Shown: positions 25,197 to 40,300 of the stretch, in pieces
Numbering within the stretch: the first letter of the stretch is position 1
How the letters are laid out: the number at the start of each line of letters is the position of its first letter
Assembly: GCA_964648365.1 (NCBI GenBank)
Contig: CAZYLK010000006.1
Coordinates: 2,322 to 66,321 of the forward strand
DNA: 64,000 bases
Origin: an uncultured Phycisphaeraceae bacterium
GTDB taxonomy: Bacteria > Planctomycetota > Phycisphaerae > UBA1845
Direction: 5' to 3'
The notes under the pieces: generated by a model
The model's input: the letters and a program-made list of their open reading frames with translations, nothing else
Databases searched by the model: none
Told to the model about the DNA's origin: nothing
Translations under genes and position numbers: made by a program

Positions 25197-27107
25197 TCAG
25201 GCGCTGTCCTGACGCTTGAGCACGACGATGGTCACGTCATCTTCCTGCGGCGCGCCATCCGCAAACGTCTTCGCCTCGTGGTAGATTCCCCGGATCAGCG
25301 TTTCCGGCGGCTCGCCCGCTTGCTGCAGGATCACCCGCTGAAGCCGCTCCAGCCCGAACAGTTCTCGCGCGGCCGTCGCCCACTCGAACACGCCGTCGGT
25401 CAGCACGATCAGCATGTCGCCCGGCTCGAACGGGAATTCCGTTCCGCGCCCGTACGGGGCCTCGGCCATGACGCCCAGCGGCATTCCGTCGGTCCGGCAC
25501 ACGACCAGATCCCGCTCGCGGGCGCGATAGTGATAGATCGGTCCATGTCCGGCCGAGCAGACGCAGACCCGGTGTGCGGACGGTTCCACGACTACGCCGG
25601 CATAGGTCACGAACCGGCCGCGCGGAAGGTCGGCCACCAGCAGATCGTTGAGTCGGCTCAGCAGAACGCTCAGATCGTGGAGAATCGCAAAACTGGCCCG
25701 TGCGTACGCCCGGCACACCGCCGTCACCAGCGCGGGCCCCACTCCGTGTCCCGACACGTCCGCCAGTGAGATGAACAACCGCCCGTCCGGGAGCACCTGC
25801 CAGTCATAGTAGTCGCCGCCGGTCTTGTCGGCCGGTTTGCTCCAGCCGGCGACGATGTAACCCGGCAGGTCCGGCGCGGAAGTGGGCAGCAGACCCTGCT
25901 GGATCTCCCGCGCGATATCGAGGTCGCGCTCGATCCGCTTCCGCGCCGCCTTCTCGACGGCGAGCCGGTCCACATTTGCACGGAGATCCGCGGTCATCAC
26001 GTTGAAACTGTGGGCAAGCGTGTGGATCTCCGTGGCCGTCGCGGTTTCATCGACGCGCGCTTCGAGGTTGCCGGCGCTGATCTGCGCCACGCTGTGTTCG
26101 AGCGCCGAGATCGGAGCGGCCACTCTGCCGGCGACCCAGTAGATGCACGCGCCCATCAACAGCAACGTGATCACCAGCGCCGATGCGCCGACCACGACGC
26201 GATGGCGAACGCTGCTGAGCACCGCCTCCGCCGGCATACGGCACACGAACACCCATCCGGTGGATGGCACCGACGCATAGAACACGCCCACCGGTCCGTC
26301 CGACTCCCAACGATCGATCCAGGCGGCGCCGTCATGTCCGGAAAGCATGGCCGGCACGACTTCCGCCAGACCCGATGCGCCCTCCTGCGCGCCGTACTCC
26401 AGCACCGTGCGTGCCATGATCCGCGTCGCGTCCGGATGAAAAACGTATCGCCCGTCCGGGGTCAGAATCACAAAGTCGAGTTGCTCGTGCAGGGAGTGTC
26501 CGACGGTTTCCCGCAGGCGAGGCAAGTCGATGTCGACGGTGCAGACGCCGCCGAACGTGCCTTCCGGCGTCGTGAACGGCGCCGAATAGGTGCTCATCAG
26601 CGTGTTGCCCGCCCCCTCGTCGAAGTAAGGCTCGCTCCAGACGCCCTTGCCCAGCCGTCTCGGCTCGCTGTACCACGTATAGGCCGGGTCGGAGAACCAG
26701 TCATACACGCTTTCGTCGATGTTGACGCGGCGGAAGCGCGGCCCGTCCCGGCACACGTACGGACCGAACAGACCCTCCGGCTTGCGCGTGCCCGGCTCGA
26801 ACGCCGCGCAGGAGCCGTAGATCAGCGCCATCTGACCGACGTTGGACTCCAGCCGTTCGTAAACCTCGTCGTCCGAGAGACGGTCCGCCGCCTCCAGATG
26901 CCGGGCCGACACTTCCGCCACCCGCGCCGCCTCCGACAGGTAGCCGTCGAGGCGCGCGGTAAAACTGCTTGCCAGCCGGGACATCGCCCGCTCCGCCGCC
27001 AGTTCGGATTCCTCGTACAGCGCAACGCCCGCGAACCCCAGGATGACCACGTAGATCACCAGCGTCGGTCCGGCGATCATCAGCATCATCTGGTGGCGCA
27101 GTTTCAC
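25197..27107 (-). CDS. Cache-HAMP-SpoIIE (PP2C-type, RsbU-like) phosphatase
   Basis: Two TMs flank a periplasmic Cache-like region, followed by HAMP. The SpoIIE core motifs are TGGDYYDW, ADVSGHGVGPALV, LTDGVFE and DDVTIVVL. Confidence 0.85.
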   Translation of the reverse strand: MKLRHQMMLMIAGPTLVIYVVILGFAGVALYEESELAAERAMSRLASSFTARLDGYLSEAARVAEVSARHLEAADRLSDDEVYERLESNVGQMALIYGSCAAFEPGTRKPEGLFGPYVCRDGPRFRRVNIDESVYDWFSDPAYTWYSEPRRLGKGVWSEPYFDEGAGNTLMSTYSAPFTTPEGTFGGVCTVDIDLPRLRETVGHSLHEQLDFVILTPDGRYVFHPDATRIMARTVLEYGAQEGASGLAEVVPAMLSGHDGAAWIDRWESDGPVGVFYASVPSTGWVFVCRMPAEAVLSSVRHRVVVGASALVITLLLMGACIYWVAGRVAAPISALEHSVAQISAGNLEARVDETATATEIHTLAHSFNVMTADLRANVDRLAVEKAARKRIERDLDIAREIQQGLLPTSAPDLPGYIVAGWSKPADKTGGDYYDWQVLPDGRLFISLADVSGHGVGPALVTAVCRAYARASFAILHDLSVLLSRLNDLLVADLPRGRFVTYAGVVVEPSAHRVCVCSAGHGPIYHYRARERDLVVCRTDGMPLGVMAEAPYGRGTEFPFEPGDMLIVLTDGVFEWATAARELFGLERLQRVILQQAGEPPETLIRGIYHEAKTFADGAPQEDDVTIVVLKRQDSA

Positions 27108-27159
27108 GGGACGCTCGAGTAACGCCGGAGCCTTCGGACGGACTGCCCGCCGGTCGGCC

Positions 27160-27984
27160 CTATGTTACCCGCCCGGTCGGCGGCCGGTAGATCAGCACCG
27201 ACAGATCGTCCGGCTTGCACGGGCCCTCGCCGTCGGACGCCATGCGCTGCCGGCACCGGTCCACGAGCGTCCGGGCGCACGCGGGCAGATCGCCCCGACG
27301 GACGATCCCGCAGATCTCGTCCAGTCGCAGATTGTCAAACAGCCCGTCGCTGGCCACCACCAGTGTATCGCGCGGGTTGAGCCGAACCACCGGCCCCACG
27401 TCGATGCGCATGTCGCCGGAGCCGACCATGTTCGACACGACGTGCCGGTCGTCGTGCTCCATGGCGGCGTCCTTGTCGAGCAGCCCCGCCTCCACACTGT
27501 AGCCGACGGGCGAATGCGCGATCGTCTGCATCCGGATGCGGCCGCGTTGCCCCGTAATGAACACCTCCGAATCGCCCACGTGGTACGAACGCACGCGTCC
27601 GTCGTCGATTTCCACCACCGCCAGCGTCGTGGCCGCGCCCACCCCGAGACCGCGCACGGCCTCGTTGGCCCGGTCGAAACCGGCCAGAATGCCGGGCTGA
27701 AGCTCGCCCCCGCCGGCAAGCGATGCCTCGATCTGCTCAGCGACGGACGCGACCGCCAGGTGCGACGCCTGCTCGCCCGCCGGCAGCCCGCCGAAACCGT
27801 CCGCCAGAATCAGAACGCCCCGCCGCCCGTTCACCGGCGCTACCACGATCGCATCCTCGTTGAGGTCCGCCCCATCCGGACGCCGATGCGTGTAGTAGGC
27901 GACGCGACCGCCCGCCACGGCCATGCACTCCGGCCCGGCCATGTCCTCGGCGATCAACATTCGCGTGGCGCCGATCGCGGTCAC
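27160..27984 (-). CDS. PP2C-family Ser/Thr phosphatase
   Basis: Motifs NEDAIVV, LADGFGGLPAGEQAS and VASDGLFDNL are present. It starts 4 nt after the kinase gene. Confidence 0.85.
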   Translation of the reverse strand: MTAIGATRMLIAEDMAGPECMAVAGGRVAYYTHRRPDGADLNEDAIVVAPVNGRRGVLILADGFGGLPAGEQASHLAVASVAEQIEASLAGGGELQPGILAGFDRANEAVRGLGVGAATTLAVVEIDDGRVRSYHVGDSEVFITGQRGRIRMQTIAHSPVGYSVEAGLLDKDAAMEHDDRHVVSNMVGSGDMRIDVGPVVRLNPRDTLVVASDGLFDNLRLDEICGIVRRGDLPACARTLVDRCRQRMASDGEGPCKPDDLSVLIYRPPTGRVT

Positions 27985-27988
27985 ATCC

Positions 27989-29290
27989 TCAGCTCCGTTG
28001 GGAGAGCCGTTTTACACACCACGGACAGAAGTCCCAGTAGTCGCGCAACACGCCCCACCGGCAATGAGCGCAGCGATCGCGCGTTCCCGCCAGAGGCCAC
28101 GCCCGCGTGAGCTTCCGCCGGCACCAGGGGCAGTAGCGCATGAAGGGCATAATCCACTTATCGGCGCAGTCAGCGTTTCCGCATCGGCCCGCGTAACGCA
28201 CGTCGGAATAGCGGTAGACGCTGTCGGGGTGAATCGCAGCGCCGTAGCACCAGCCGCAGAACCGCCAGTCCGACTTGACGCCGCGCCGGCAGCGCGGGCA
28301 GCGCTGTGGAAACCGGGTCGGCTGCTTCGCCGGCTTCCGACGGGCGCCGCACCAGGGGCATCCCTGCATCACTTCGGCCATTGGACCGGTGCAGCGATGA
28401 CAGGCCTCGCGAACCTCCAGCGATGACCCGAAGTTGCGCGAGAACTCCTGCCAGCGCAGCGACTTCCACTTCACGCCGCTTTCCGTCTTGCGCCCCCGGC
28501 GCGTCGCTGTCCGCCGTATGACCCGCCCGCGGATGCGCCCGAACGCACGCGCCAGCGCGTCGGCATCTGCATAGCGCCGCTCGCTGTCCACCTCCAGCGA
28601 GCGCTTCAGCAGTTTGATCATCTCCGGGTGGACCGTTCGACGCAGCCGATCCATCCCCGCGGGGGGCCAGGCGAACGGCCACTCGGGCAATACGCCCGCA
28701 AACATCCGGTACAACACCAGACCCAGCGAAAACACGTCCGATCGCAGGGAGACTTTGCCCATCGCCTGCTCGGGCGCGATGTAACCGACGGTGCCTGATC
28801 CCGAGGCCACCATCGTCCGCAGCGCCAGCCGGGCAATGCCGAAGTCCGCCAGCCGCACGCGGTTGTCCGGAAACAGAATGAAGTTCTCCGGCTTGATGTC
28901 GCGGTGCATGATGTGTTTGCGATGGGCGTAGGCCACCGCGTCGATCATCTGCGTGGCGAGTTGAAGACTGGTCCGCGGCGACATCCGCCGGGCGAGGCGG
29001 TCGCACAACGTCTCGACGCCCAGCGGACTGGCGACGTAGAACACGCCGTCGATGACCCCGGCATCCTTGATGGGCAGGATGTTCGGATGATCGAGCTGCG
29101 CCGTCATGCGGACTTCCTTGCGGAAGTCGTTCATCATGTCCCGTGTGACCTGCGAGGGATGCGGCACCTTAAGAGCCACCGGAACGCCCGAGACCGTATC
29201 CCGCGCCTGATAGACCGTAGCGTACCCCCCCTCCGCCAGGCGCCGCTCGATGCGGTACTTTCCGAGTTTGCCGCGCACGCGAATCAACAA
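27989..29290 (-). CDS. Ser/Thr protein kinase with four C-terminal zinc-ribbon units
   Basis: Kinase motifs are LAEGGYATVYQA, VALKV, HRDIKPENFIL, DFGIA and GTVGYIAPE. The C-terminus has four zinc-ribbon units: CHRC..CPWC, CPRC..CGWC, CGNADC..CPWC and CAHC..CPWC. The TTG/GTG start is uncertain by a few codons. Confidence 0.9.
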   Translation of the reverse strand: MLIRVRGKLGKYRIERRLAEGGYATVYQARDTVSGVPVALKVPHPSQVTRDMMNDFRKEVRMTAQLDHPNILPIKDAGVIDGVFYVASPLGVETLCDRLARRMSPRTSLQLATQMIDAVAYAHRKHIMHRDIKPENFILFPDNRVRLADFGIARLALRTMVASGSGTVGYIAPEQAMGKVSLRSDVFSLGLVLYRMFAGVLPEWPFAWPPAGMDRLRRTVHPEMIKLLKRSLEVDSERRYADADALARAFGRIRGRVIRRTATRRGRKTESGVKWKSLRWQEFSRNFGSSLEVREACHRCTGPMAEVMQGCPWCGARRKPAKQPTRFPQRCPRCRRGVKSDWRFCGWCYGAAIHPDSVYRYSDVRYAGRCGNADCADKWIMPFMRYCPWCRRKLTRAWPLAGTRDRCAHCRWGVLRDYWDFCPWCVKRLSQRS

Positions 29291-29297
29291 TTACTCC

Positions 29298-29347
29298 GGG
29301 GGAAGAAGGGAGTAAGGGAGCGAGGGAGTAAGGGAGTAAGGCAAGAA
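29298..29347 (+). repeat. Family-3 octamer-periodic array (GGGAGTAA units), left arm of an inverted pair
   Basis: The sequence is GGGGGAAGAAGGGAGTAAGGGAGCGAGGGAGTAAGGGAGTAAGGCAAGAA. It lies 8 nt upstream (minus sense) of the kinase start. Confidence 0.85.
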
Positions 29348-29473
29348 CAGATTGACACATCTCATATAATTGGTCGCTCGTGTGGCCAATCGGTGCCGGC
29401 AATCCGCGACTGCATTCGTCGCCTCGTCATCTCCCAATTCGCTCAGCACGCAAAAGTGTATACGGGCGCAAGT

Positions 29474-29520
29474 CCTTCCCTCACTCGCTCACTCCCTTAC
29501 TCCCTTACTCCCTTCTTCAC
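29474..29520 (-). repeat. Family-3 array, right arm (inverted)
   Basis: The sequence is CCTTCCCTCACTCGCTCACTCCCTTACTCCCTTACTCCCTTCTTCAC. At least 19 nt are perfectly complementary to the left arm. It ends at the secA stop codon. Confidence 0.85.
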
Positions 29521-33669
<4,149 letters not shown>

Positions 33670-33822
33670 GGTCCGTTCCTTTTCAGTCAAGTGCCGGCGC
33701 GGCGGGTGTCTTCACGCCGGCCGGGCCTATGCCTCTGTTGATTCGGTCAGTCGTCGATGGTGCAGCGCTGCGCCCGCAAGGCGTGCCTCGCGTGCGGCGC
33801 ACGGGACGGCCGGGGAGGCAGA

Positions 33823-34167
33823 CTAAGGCCCGTACAGACCGCCGATTCTGGAGACGAAGACGACGTGGTGCTGATGAACCGTGCAGGGCGCCGGGCGGGC
33901 GGCGCGACCGGGAGCCGGCTTGAATCGCAGACCGTGATGGGCGGCGACCACGATCGCCGCGGACGCCACAAACCCCGGCCCGGCATCCGGAGCGGCGGCC
34001 CAGGACGACGACACCACCTGGCCCAGCGTGTGCCGCGAAGCCGCCCGCGCCTTTTCAGCGAACGCGGGGATCAGAACGATCGAGACCGCCACGACGGCGC
34101 CGAGACAGCGCGCGCCCTTCGCGGGAGCAGCGATCGTGGCATTCGTACTTGCGGGCGCCGCGGTCAT
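33823..34167 (-). CDS. hypothetical small membrane protein
   Basis: It has two hydrophobic segments (CLGAVVAVSIVLIPAF and GFVASAAIVVAA). Third-codon positions are G/C-rich in this frame. A TATAAT lies 10 nt upstream of the ATG. It has no family assignment and could be spurious. Confidence 0.3.
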   Translation of the reverse strand: MTAAPASTNATIAAPAKGARCLGAVVAVSIVLIPAFAEKARAASRHTLGQVVSSSWAAAPDAGPGFVASAAIVVAAHHGLRFKPAPGRAARPAPCTVHQHHVVFVSRIGGLYGP

Positions 34168-34297
34168 GCGCGTTCATTATAGTCCGCGCAGCCGGTTGGG
34201 GAAGGGACCAGACGCAACCAGACAGGCGGCTTCAGCGGGCAGCGGGCTACACCGCGTGGCGGCCGGCCGCGGGACGGCGCTGCCGCCCGAGAAGCGC

Positions 34298-34333
34298 AAC
34301 AGAAAGCCCCGGCCGACTCGCGTCGACCGGGGC
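34298..34333 (-). terminator. intrinsic terminator after the giant protease gene
   Basis: On the minus strand GCCCCGGTCGAC-GCGA-GTCGGCCGGGGC forms a 12-bp stem (one G:U) with a GNRA loop, followed by TTTCTGTT. It begins 35 nt after the stop. Confidence 0.65.
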
Positions 34334-34367
34334 CAAAGAGGTTAAGAAACGGGCTGCCGATCAGCGG

Positions 34368-37300
34368 CTAGAGGCGATAGCGCCTCCGGCCGGCCAGCAT
34401 GGCCGTCAGACCCAGCAGCGAGCCGAGCACACCGAACAACATGCCGAACCCGCAGACGGTTCCGCCGTCGCCGCCCTGGCCGGCTTCGTTGTCGTTCTCC
34501 TGCGGAGCGGTGTTGTCGTTGCCGTTGTCCACCACGCGGGCGGTGACCGTCACGATCTCGAACGGGGCCGTGTCAGACAGGCCCGCCGGGTCGGTAACCG
34601 TCAACTGCACCTCGTAGCGACCGGCCGCGTCGAAGCGGAAGTTCACTTCCGCCCCGGACTCGTCGCGGGCGATCACGTCGCCGGACTCGGCGTCGCGGAA
34701 CTCCCAGGCGTACGACAGGGCGTCGCCGTCCGGATCGACCGAGGCGCTCTCGAAGGTGAGCGTCAGCGGCGCGGTTCCGCTACGACTGCCGGAAGCGATG
34801 TACGCCGTCGGCGCCCTGTTCACCAGGGCCGGTTCCACCACGATCTTCTGCGTACGCGTGCCGCGGCCGCCATGTTCGTCCGCCACAAGCAGGCGGGCGA
34901 AGAACGTCCCGACTTCGTCGTACGTGTGAACGACCTGCACGCCCTCACCGGTCGTGCCGTCGCCGAAGTCCCACAGATACGCCAGCGCGTCCTGGTCGGG
35001 GTCGGTGGATCCACCGCCGTTGAACCGGACGGTCAACGGCGCCGGGCCGGTGGCCACGTCCACGTTCACCACCGCGACCGGCGGACGGTTGGGCTCGATG
35101 TCCGGCCCGCCGCCGCCTTCGCCCTGGGTCACGAGGACCGTGCGCGAACGGCTGTGCGAGTTGCCGTCGGTGTCGAGCACCGTGAGCTGCACGCGGAACG
35201 TACCCGGCCGCTCGTAGGTATGAGTGGCGCGGACGCCTTCCGTGGCCGAGGTGCCGTCACCCCAATCCCACGTGTAGCTGACGATCGGACCCTGCAGGTC
35301 GCGCGACAGGCTGCCGTCGACGCTGACCTCGAACGGAGTCTCGCCCTGCGGCGGATCCGGCTCGATCGAGAACTTCGCCACCGGACGCTCGATCTCCACG
35401 CCGCCCTCGAAGACGGTGATGTTGATCGAGGCGCGGCCGACGCCCAGCTTCTGGTCGCGGACGTAAGCCGTCGCCCGGAAGTCGCCGTTCTCACGGTACG
35501 TGAAGACGTAGTCACCGTTGCCGTTGATGTTGATCGGGCCGGTCGCGTCGATCTTGCCGTCCGTCTCGAAGTCCCACTCGACGATCAGGTTCTGATCGCC
35601 GTCCGGGTCGATCGACTTCGACGCATTGAACGTCACGTCCAGCGGCGCCACGCCCAGCAGCGGGGTCGCCTTGATCGAGGCCACCGGGTTGCTGTTACCG
35701 ACGAGGATGTCGCGGAACGCAGAACTGCACTTCGGCTCTTCGGCGTCGTCACAGACGGTCAGCATCGGGCGGCACGGGCGGAAGTTGCCCTGCTCGTCCT
35801 TGCACTCGTTGAAGTACGTGTGCGCGACCACCGGCAGCGGGCTCTTGGGAGAACCGTCGCCGAAGTCCCACTCGTACGTCAACTGGCCGCCCTCCGGATC
35901 GCTCGACCCGGTGCCGTCGAAGGTCACCTGGAGCGGCACGGGACCGCTGACCGGGTTGGCCTTGATGACGGCGTTCGGAGCGCCGTTGAGAACCTGGATC
36001 TCGATCTGCGTCTGGCCGCTGTAGCCTTCGCTGTTCGTCGCGACCAGTGTCACCGTGAAGCGACCCGGGCGGGTGAACAGGTGCTCGACCAGCGGGCCGG
36101 TGGCCGGCCCGGAGCCGTCGCCGAACAGCCAGCGGAAGGTCATCGCAAGACCCTCAGGCTCGACCGAACTGCGGGCGTCGAACTTGACCAGCAGCGGCGG
36201 ATCGCCACTGAGGCGGTCCGCGATGATCTTCGCGATCGGGCCCTGGCTGATCGTGTGCTCGCGGATCGTGATGTCGAAGCTCGGCGCGGTCTTGCCCGTC
36301 GTGACGATCGTGAACTGATCGTCCAACTGGAACTCGACCGGAACGTCACGGCACTCTTCGCCGTTTTCGTTGCAGACACGGCGGCTTCCCTTGTTGATCA
36401 CAAAGGAAATCTGACCGTCATCCGATGTGTACGGCTGGCCGAGCGTCGCCTGCGACGCAGGGCCGCTCAGCGTTCCGCGAACGTTCCACTTCTCACCGAA
36501 CGGCGACTTCGTATTGATCACCCACGTCTCAAAGCGGGCGGTCGAATCGAGGTCGACGACCTGGTAATCCAGCGAGAGCACCGGCTCGGCGCCGGTCATC
36601 TGGACCGCCGTGGTCAGCGTCGTCTGCGTGACCGCGGTGATCTCGAAGATGCCCCAGCCGAGTTCGATCAGGTCCAGATAGTCACCGGCCTGGACGCCGT
36701 CCGTGACAAACGTCTTGGACGGGTCGCTGAGCGTATTGAGGCTGACGGAGGCGAACTCGCCGGTCGTCTTGAGCACCGGGGTGTCCACGGCCGTCGGTTC
36801 GATCTGGCCGATGCCCAGCGTGCGCCGATTCGGCTTGCCGAACTCGCCCACGTCCGGGGTCGAAACCGCTTCGTCCCCCGAGTTGCCCGGACCGGGCACC
36901 AGGTAGGCGAAGAGGTAGTACGTACCGTCGGGCAGATCCTGGATGTCCCACCACACGGTCAGCTTCTCGCGACCGGGCCGCGACTTGCGGACCGAGCCGA
37001 CGAAGTTCGCCCCGTTCGGTGCGATCTCAAGCTCTTCCGGATTCGTGGTGTGGAACAGGTACACCGACGAGCCGCCGTGAACGTCGTTCACCTCGAAGTG
37101 GACGCGATAACGCCCGTTGATCGACGAGCCGGTCAACTGGAACCGGAACGACGGCAACGTCTGCGGAATCCACGTCACGTCGATGATCGAATCGCCGCTC
37201 GGCAGGTGCGTGATGTTGTCCAGCTCCAGGCCGCTGCTGCTGCGGTGCGCGACCCAGTTGTTGTTCGGGTCGGTATCCGCATTCCAGCTCCGATTCGGGT

Positions 37301-40300
37301 TGTTGCCCGGGAAGTCCGGATCAAGCTCACCCGGGAACGGATCGCCCGCGTCGCCGCAGTCGATGCCGTCTTCCAGTTCTTCCAGGCCGTCCGCCTGAAG
37401 GTTGTGGAACTGGAACGGATAGGAACGCTGCTGCGGAGGACGACCTTCCAGGTTCTCATCGTCGTTGGTGCGCTGGATCATCAGACCCGGACCCGGAAGC
37501 TGCGTATCGAACGGGCTTTCCGGATCGGTCTGCGACCAGACCCAGAACCGCTCGCGACCGCCCTTGTTGGTGCCGTCGCGCGGGTTCTCGATGTAGAACA
37601 CCGCGTCGTTCGCCTTCTCGTACGGCGCCACCGTGATGGAACGGGGCACGCCCGGCGTCACTTCCGCGGTGAAGTCGTTTTCCTGAATCCAGTTGGTGCA
37701 CGGATAGGCCTTCAGGAACGGCGAAGGATGCACCATGCCGCCGCTGGCCATGATGTCCCACTCTCCGATCGGGCAGTTGATGTGAACGCCCGGCGGCGAG
37801 AAGACGTCATAGTCGTACAGGTCCGGCCAGCCCTCCCAGGAGTGGCCGTACTCGTGCGCCGAGTAGCCGATCTGGAAGCCCTCGGTGGGCAGGTTGGCGT
37901 TACCCTCGCCCCCCACGCCCAGCGCGATCACCAGGTCGTGGAAGTGCATGTTCATCGTGTACGTGACCGCCGTCTGGCAGCCGCTCTGCTGATTCGGGTG
38001 AGGCACGTAGCACGAGTTGTCGTTCTTGCGATAGACAAAACGATCGCCTTCGCGCACCAGCCGCTGATCCGACCAGTCCGGATACATGTGGATGGCGTCG
38101 CTGGGCTCTTTGAAGTCCTCGGTGTGGATCGGATAGAACGACGGCGCCCGCGGGAACCGCTGACCGCCCTCGCTGCCGTAAGAGCCTTCGGGCAGCAGCA
38201 CGATACCCGACTGGAAGCCGGTGGACTTGACGAACTTCAGGTAGTCCGTATCGAACTGGGCGTAGTTCTGGATCGGATCCAGGAACACAGCGAAGGTCGC
38301 CTCGGCCGGGCACAACACCCGCCGCATCGACGCCTCGTCGTTGAACGCCTCCCACTGCCACTGGTAATCCAGCGCCTCGACCAGGTCTTCCATCATGCGC
38401 TGACGGTTCCACGGATAGTCTTCCGAGGTGCCGCCGAGCGAATCGAAGTCCTGGGTATAGTTCTCGGCGCGGGCTGGCCGCGTCTCACCCTGGTCGACCA
38501 TGCCGTCCAGGTTGTAGTCGCGGAAACCGATGCCCATACCCTGCACCTGACCCTCGGCGGGTGTGGCGAAGGGGTGATAGGTGGAGCCGCCACGGTCGAT
38601 GACCCAGGCGTGACCGTTCGACTGACCGCCCGCCTCGGGGGCGTTCGGGTCGATGTTCGTGCGCCACGTCAGCCATTCCAGGATACACACGTCGCCGGAG
38701 TCGAAACCGCCGTTGCCGTGAATGTTGGTGGCGTACGGGCCGGCAGCAATACCGATCTGGTCCGGCGAAAGCTGCGGAACGCCATGCTCGTGCGAGCCTA
38801 CGTCACGGCCCCAGACGGCGACGTATTCCTCGGACCCAAAGGTTACCAGGTCGCTGAGCGGATAGGTGATCTCGCCCAGGCGCTGATCGCCGGCGTGGTG
38901 ATACTTCGAGGACGCCAGGTCGTCATGCTCGACCCAGCCGTCGTAGTACCCGAACTCCTCGTCCGGAAGGACGGGCTCGTCGTTGTCGTCACTGGCGAAC
39001 AAACGGAACGGATCGTCGGGCAGGCCGACGCCGCCGCCGCTCCATCCGCCGACGTTGGGCGCGAACCAGCGCTTCTCGCCTTCACCCGAAGGTTCGACGA
39101 CCGGAGGCACGGGGAACTCGGGATCAAACTCGCGCATGCGCGGGCTGTTGGACGAACCGGCCAGCGGGGTGCACTCGGGAACGTTCCGCTGGCGCGGATC
39201 GCGCGGGCAGTTCTCAGGATCGGACGGACCGTAGCCGCCCTCCGGCCACGGCGGCGGAGCCGAGTCCTCACCGTAACGGTCGAGCCAGAACTGCTCGTAC
39301 CAGGGCTCTTCGATCGCGTACATCGGGCCGATCGGCGAGTTGGACGCCGCCGAGGCGCCCGGCTTCGGAATCGTGCCGCTGAAGCGGTTGTTGCCCGCGT
39401 CCTGCATCATCTTGCTGGAACCGCGGTCAATGAAGAGGTCCGGCGAATCGTAGAAGCCGTTGCCCGTCCGACCGATCGGGTTGTTGATCAGGTCGAACGT
39501 CTTCAGCACTTCCTTGATGCCCGGATAGTTCGAGTCGACGTAAGCGTCCGCGACGGGCACCCACACGCCGTTGGCCGAGGAGCCGGTCGGGTTCCACATG
39601 ACCATGAAGTCCTCGAACGGCTCGACGAAGTCGACGTTGTTGTCGAGATCCCAGTCGTCAAACTCGCAGCAGATCGGCAGAACCTCGCCGCCGCACTCCG
39701 GCGGGGCGCCTTCGTAGGAATTGCTCGGGTCGCAGGTCAGGCCGTAGATGCCGTCAATGCAATCCGGATCGGGATCCTGCTCAGGATCTTCGCACTGGCA
39801 GCAGGGAGGCAGTTCCGTGCCTTCCGGCACGCAGTTCGTCAGTGCTTCGTAGTTGCCGCACTCGGCCACGCTGCCGCCGGCATCCAGCGGAATGACGCAC
39901 TCGCCGGTGCGGAAGCCCGGATTGAAGTTGCCGTCGGGCTGTCCGAATCCGAATTCGCCTTCCGGGCCGTCGCCACCCCAGTCGCAGGCGGCCATCTCAA
40001 GGTCGCCGCAGCCAGGCTCGTCGCAACCACGAGGTCCGACGACGCCCTCCGGATCGCCTTCGCAGGGACCGAAGCGGCACATCATGTCAAATTTCTCGTC
40101 CAGCCCGTCCCACATCCGGTCGCCGTCAAGGTCGATGAAGCGCTCGCCCGGTGTGTAGACGTTGAACCCAACGGCCGGGAAGTCGTCCACGCCGGAACCG
40201 CGCGGCTTCGGGGCGTTCGGCAACTCAGCGACAAGGTCGAGAATGATCAACGCACCGCACTTGGAGGGCGTGATCGTCGGATTCTGGTCCCCCGGGGGTG

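Noticed and set aside
29352-29370. Perfect TTGACA and TATAAT hexamers on the plus strand inside the family-3 inverted-repeat core.
   Set aside because: The spacer is only 7 nt, which is incompatible with a sigma-70 promoter. No plus-strand gene lies downstream.
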